NCBI GenBank assembly: GCA_051362555.1
Contig: CM120648.1
Coordinates: 6,630,587-6,694,586, forward strand
Direction of reading: 5' to 3'
DNA length: 64,000 nucleotides
Source: Lingula anatina
Lineage: Eukaryota; Animalia; Brachiopoda
The notes beneath the pieces are model-generated. The model saw only the letters and a program-made list of their open reading frames with translations, was not told the origin of the DNA and did not search any database. The first letter of the stretch is position 1, and every line of letters begins with the position of its first letter. The position numbers and the translations under genes are program-made. Below are positions 60,699-64,000 of the stretch, piece after piece.

Positions 60699-63274
60699 TT
60701 ATTTTTCTGTGCTCTAGAACATTTCCATGACAAAGGGTTTCTTTTTCAGTTAAACTGACTGAATTTAGGCTTTCAAGCTACAGCCTTATTCTGAGAATAA
60801 GGGCAATTTCTGTTACGTTAAGTGTTACGTTCGAGGCGACCTCTAACAGTTCGGGGTAATGGAATAGTTGGATACTGTAATGTGACACACACTCGTACAC
60901 GGACATTTTTTAATGAATGTTATTACTTCGCAACAAAACATCAGAACACAAAGCTGTCTTTAATCAAAACTAGGCACTATTTCATTCGTGAAAGTAAAAT
61001 TGAAGATTATGGATCGTGGGAAATTTCTATGTTCAATTTTAAAGGTGTTTCTCACGAAATTTTATCTAATTGCACTCTTATGAATGACATTTCGCACTGT
61101 GACGTCTAAAAACACCCCAAGTTTCAAGTCACCTGTAACTTTTAATTTTTCCAATCCTAAATTCCATATAAGGGCCAGTAATGTCCAATGTTCCAAATGA
61201 GTATCTAAATTGCAGGGTACGCAAAGCTTTATCATTGGACATTTGAGACAAATCCCGCCATAGTTTAAAAGCAAATAGAAAATTGCGACATGTACCGGGG
61301 AGCAAACAGAAAATTGCGAAGTCTCCAACTCCACAAACACAGAATTGCGAGTCTATCAGAAGACTGATAAACGTAATCTCGTTCTCTAACGTTATCTGAC
61401 GTTATCTGACGATGTCGGTAAATGATTCCACTACTGTTTACACTTGTTATCACTGATGCGATGTGAAAGTGCCTAAATCGGTTGTACTATTGCGAAATAA
61501 CGCCAGTCCCATTACGTGATCATCAGTTACGGTTACCGGCAGGGTGCGCTGAGAAGGGGGGGGGGGGAGTATTAAATAAACTATCGCCTTCATTTGTATG
61601 AGAGAGAGCAGAGAGAAAGAGAGTTTTATATAAAAAGTGTCTGACACAATCACATAAGAATGTTATCAGTCTAATTAAAAACGTTGCTTACTGAAACGTA
61701 GGTCTACTTTCGTTATCATATTTCCTTCCAAGAAGAACGTCTTCTTACAAGTGCCCTAAATTCGTAACACATCCTGCTTAACAAAAAATAGAAACCGTGA
61801 AAAATCATACAATTATCTACAGGATACAATACTGTACCTCGCCTAGTTAAAAGATAAATAATACATTTTAGCACGTGTTCACGACAAGACTAAACAAACC
61901 GACTAAACTACACTGAGTGCACTCTGAAATGTGTCCAGTATCGTTCTATTAAAAGCTTGGACGATCTCAAGAAAGCGTTCCGTTGAATATACGTCCTTGA
62001 TATGATACATTTTAAACCTGTGAAAAAGGCACTTTCTGAGCACAGGGGTCGCCAACTAGTCTATTACAAAATTGTTGCCTGTTCTTAAATTTTGTAAAAA
62101 GCTGTACTCACTAGTACTAGAGGACTACCCTCTGATATCAGGGCCCCACTAAAATACTATACTTTAGCAGTCTGGGATAAAGTGACTGCCCCACCCTCAC
62201 CCGCTCCTTTGACAGTGGCTCAGTAGGTGAGGAAGGGGGGGGGGCGGTAATCGGGGGTTCTGTGAAATTACTCACATGTAACCACTTTGATGTAAATAAG
62301 CCTATGTTTCAGATGCTTATTTTGACTTGCAAAACGTTACATAGACAGGGATATGCGCTGTTAAGCACCAGCTCACACTTAGCTTAGATTCAGTTCTCGT
62401 TCAACAAAAAAAAAAAAAAAAAAAGGCCAACATGGGAACAGCTTAAAGACAGAGGAATCCTTGGGCTGAATGATCAAAAAGGCACACAGTTGTCAGTTGA
62501 TTTTTTATTTTATTTCAGTCTCAGACTGATCATTTGATCTTTATTAAACTATTTAAGGCACCATTTGTCTACAGAATATGGCAATTTAACTATCAATAAT
62601 AATTATAAAAATTAAAAAAAAAAACACAAATAAAGAATGATAAATATTTAAAACATGACACATGTTTTGTAAGATCTTTCAGACTTAACACGAACATTCT
62701 TGAAATAATTAACCTGTGGCACTGTGTATGTAAAATGCTTGCATATCATTCAATCACAAGTTACACTTATAAAATGACAAGACCACTTTCTCTAAATTAC
62801 AGTACCTGTAGTCCATTGCTAATTCTCAGAATAAATCACACGATGAAAGAGTCTTAGATATTAAGGAAAATGGCACATAAATACTAGTAATCAAGTACTT
62901 TTTATCTATCAATTGACAATTCATTTTATTTTCTTAATTTCTTTTCTTCTAAACCCTCATCTTTATCTATTTTTTTTCAGGGGCAGGTCCAGAGATATTT
63001 TGAGAGATATATATTGACAGTCTTTTCAAATTATCTTTGTTGATCCATCCTCTGCTTTTGACCCTCTTTTGACAGAAAAAAAATTACATGCCAAACCATG
63101 TAAACTTTAAATAATTCTGACTGTCTTCTGGAAGACCCAGAAAATGGCCTCCGTCTGCCCCTTTATTTCTACTTCAAAAACTTAAATATGTTTCACAACC
63201 CAGCCTTTTCTTTTTAATAAACACCATTTAAAATGGAAAGAAAAAAAATTAAAACAAAATGTCCATAAAGTAAA

Positions 63275-64000
63275 TTACTTTTTACTCTTGGGCCCTTTCT
63301 TTTCATCTTTTTCCTTGATATAACCATGCTGTTGGAGGATAGTTCTGGCACAGTTGTTGATATGTTTGAACCTGTCAGGGCCCAGGTGAACACCACCATA
63401 CCACCTCGTGACAACAACCATAACATTTAACGCATTAATAATCTGCATGATATGCAGCATACGGGACCCCGCATGTGTTTCACCATCGTCCTTACAGTTC
63501 TGTGCAATCACATTATGTGGACCATCCTTGCGAATTCGATAGGCAAGAATGTTGTGTGTGGCACTGGCAATCTTTTTATTCTCCAGTAGTTTCTCCATTA
63601 CAAGCTGCACCTCTTCCTCGCTGTTCACGGCTGCCAGGTGGGCCTGGAATGTACTTTTACGGTCCTTCACAGGATCGCCATGGTGAATCACCGGACACTG
63701 AATTTTCTCCACAAGGTCTGGTTTGTGAAACGTCTGGGGCAAAACTTCAAGTGACTTCACCTCTTCTGAGAGGTCACTCAGGTCAAGGTCAGGCTCAGGG
63801 TGAAGGTCACCAGTAGCCTCATCACCCACATCTTGCATTTTCAGGTTCACATTCATTTCATCACTGCAGGCTTCAGCCTCACTAGAACTCAGCTCTGCAT
63901 CATCCTTTTTCTTGCTAAGGTAGTCCCTGATTTTCTCTACCCATAAATATACAATGCTCTCCCCTGCATTCTCAACATAAACTTCCTCAAGGGTGTTTTG
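63275..64000 (-). CDS. IMPACT: Protein IMPACT (RWD C-terminal part + UPF0029/ancient domain), 5' truncated by window edge
   Basis: Continuous frame from 64000 to the stop at 63275: GESIVYLWVEKIRDYL (end of RWD), DRKSTFQAH, KIASATHNILAYRI, DDGETHAG, VMVVVTRWYGGVHLGPDRFKHINNCAR. Confidence 0.95.
   Translation of the reverse strand, partial: QNTLEEVYVENAGESIVYLWVEKIRDYLSKKKDDAELSSSEAEACSDEMNVNLKMQDVGDEATGDLHPEPDLDLSDLSEEVKSLEVLPQTFHKPDLVEKIQCPVIHHGDPVKDRKSTFQAHLAAVNSEEEVQLVMEKLLENKKIASATHNILAYRIRKDGPHNVIAQNCKDDGETHAGSRMLHIMQIINALNVMVVVTRWYGGVHLGPDRFKHINNCARTILQQHGYIKEKDEKKGPKSKK

Noticed and set aside
62405-62424. Poly-A run as the retrocopy tail of IMPACT
   Set aside because: It is on the wrong strand for a minus-strand gene, and A-runs are common in this window.

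Overview
AT-rich, intron-containing animal genomic DNA, probably a spiralian/lophotrochozoan invertebrate (inferred from a xenopsin-like opsin). It holds six protein-coding genes, reconstructed by hand from GT-AG splice sites. (1) The last two exons of an opsin (+). (2) An 11-exon secreted Pro/Gly-rich protein with seven atypical Kazal-like repeats (+). (3) AP2M1 (-). (4) RPL22 (+), divergent from AP2M1 across a short shared promoter. (5) An 8-exon, ~814-aa gene (-) that fuses a CitE/malyl-CoA-lyase-type TIM barrel to a double hot-dog domain resembling bacterial mesaconyl-CoA hydratase, with a mitochondrial-type N-terminus. (6) The intronless 3' part of IMPACT (-). Introns and intergenic DNA contain Harbinger-like MITEs (one nested), a CACTA/EnSpm-like non-autonomous element carrying an older deleted Gypsy LTR element, and many microsatellites. 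The best leads are the lyase-hydratase fusion, three eL22-type hairpins over the predicted branch point of RPL22 intron 2 (candidate splicing autoregulation), and a cluster of frame-preserving microexon candidates in AP2M1. Family assignments rest on motif recognition from memory, not on database searches.
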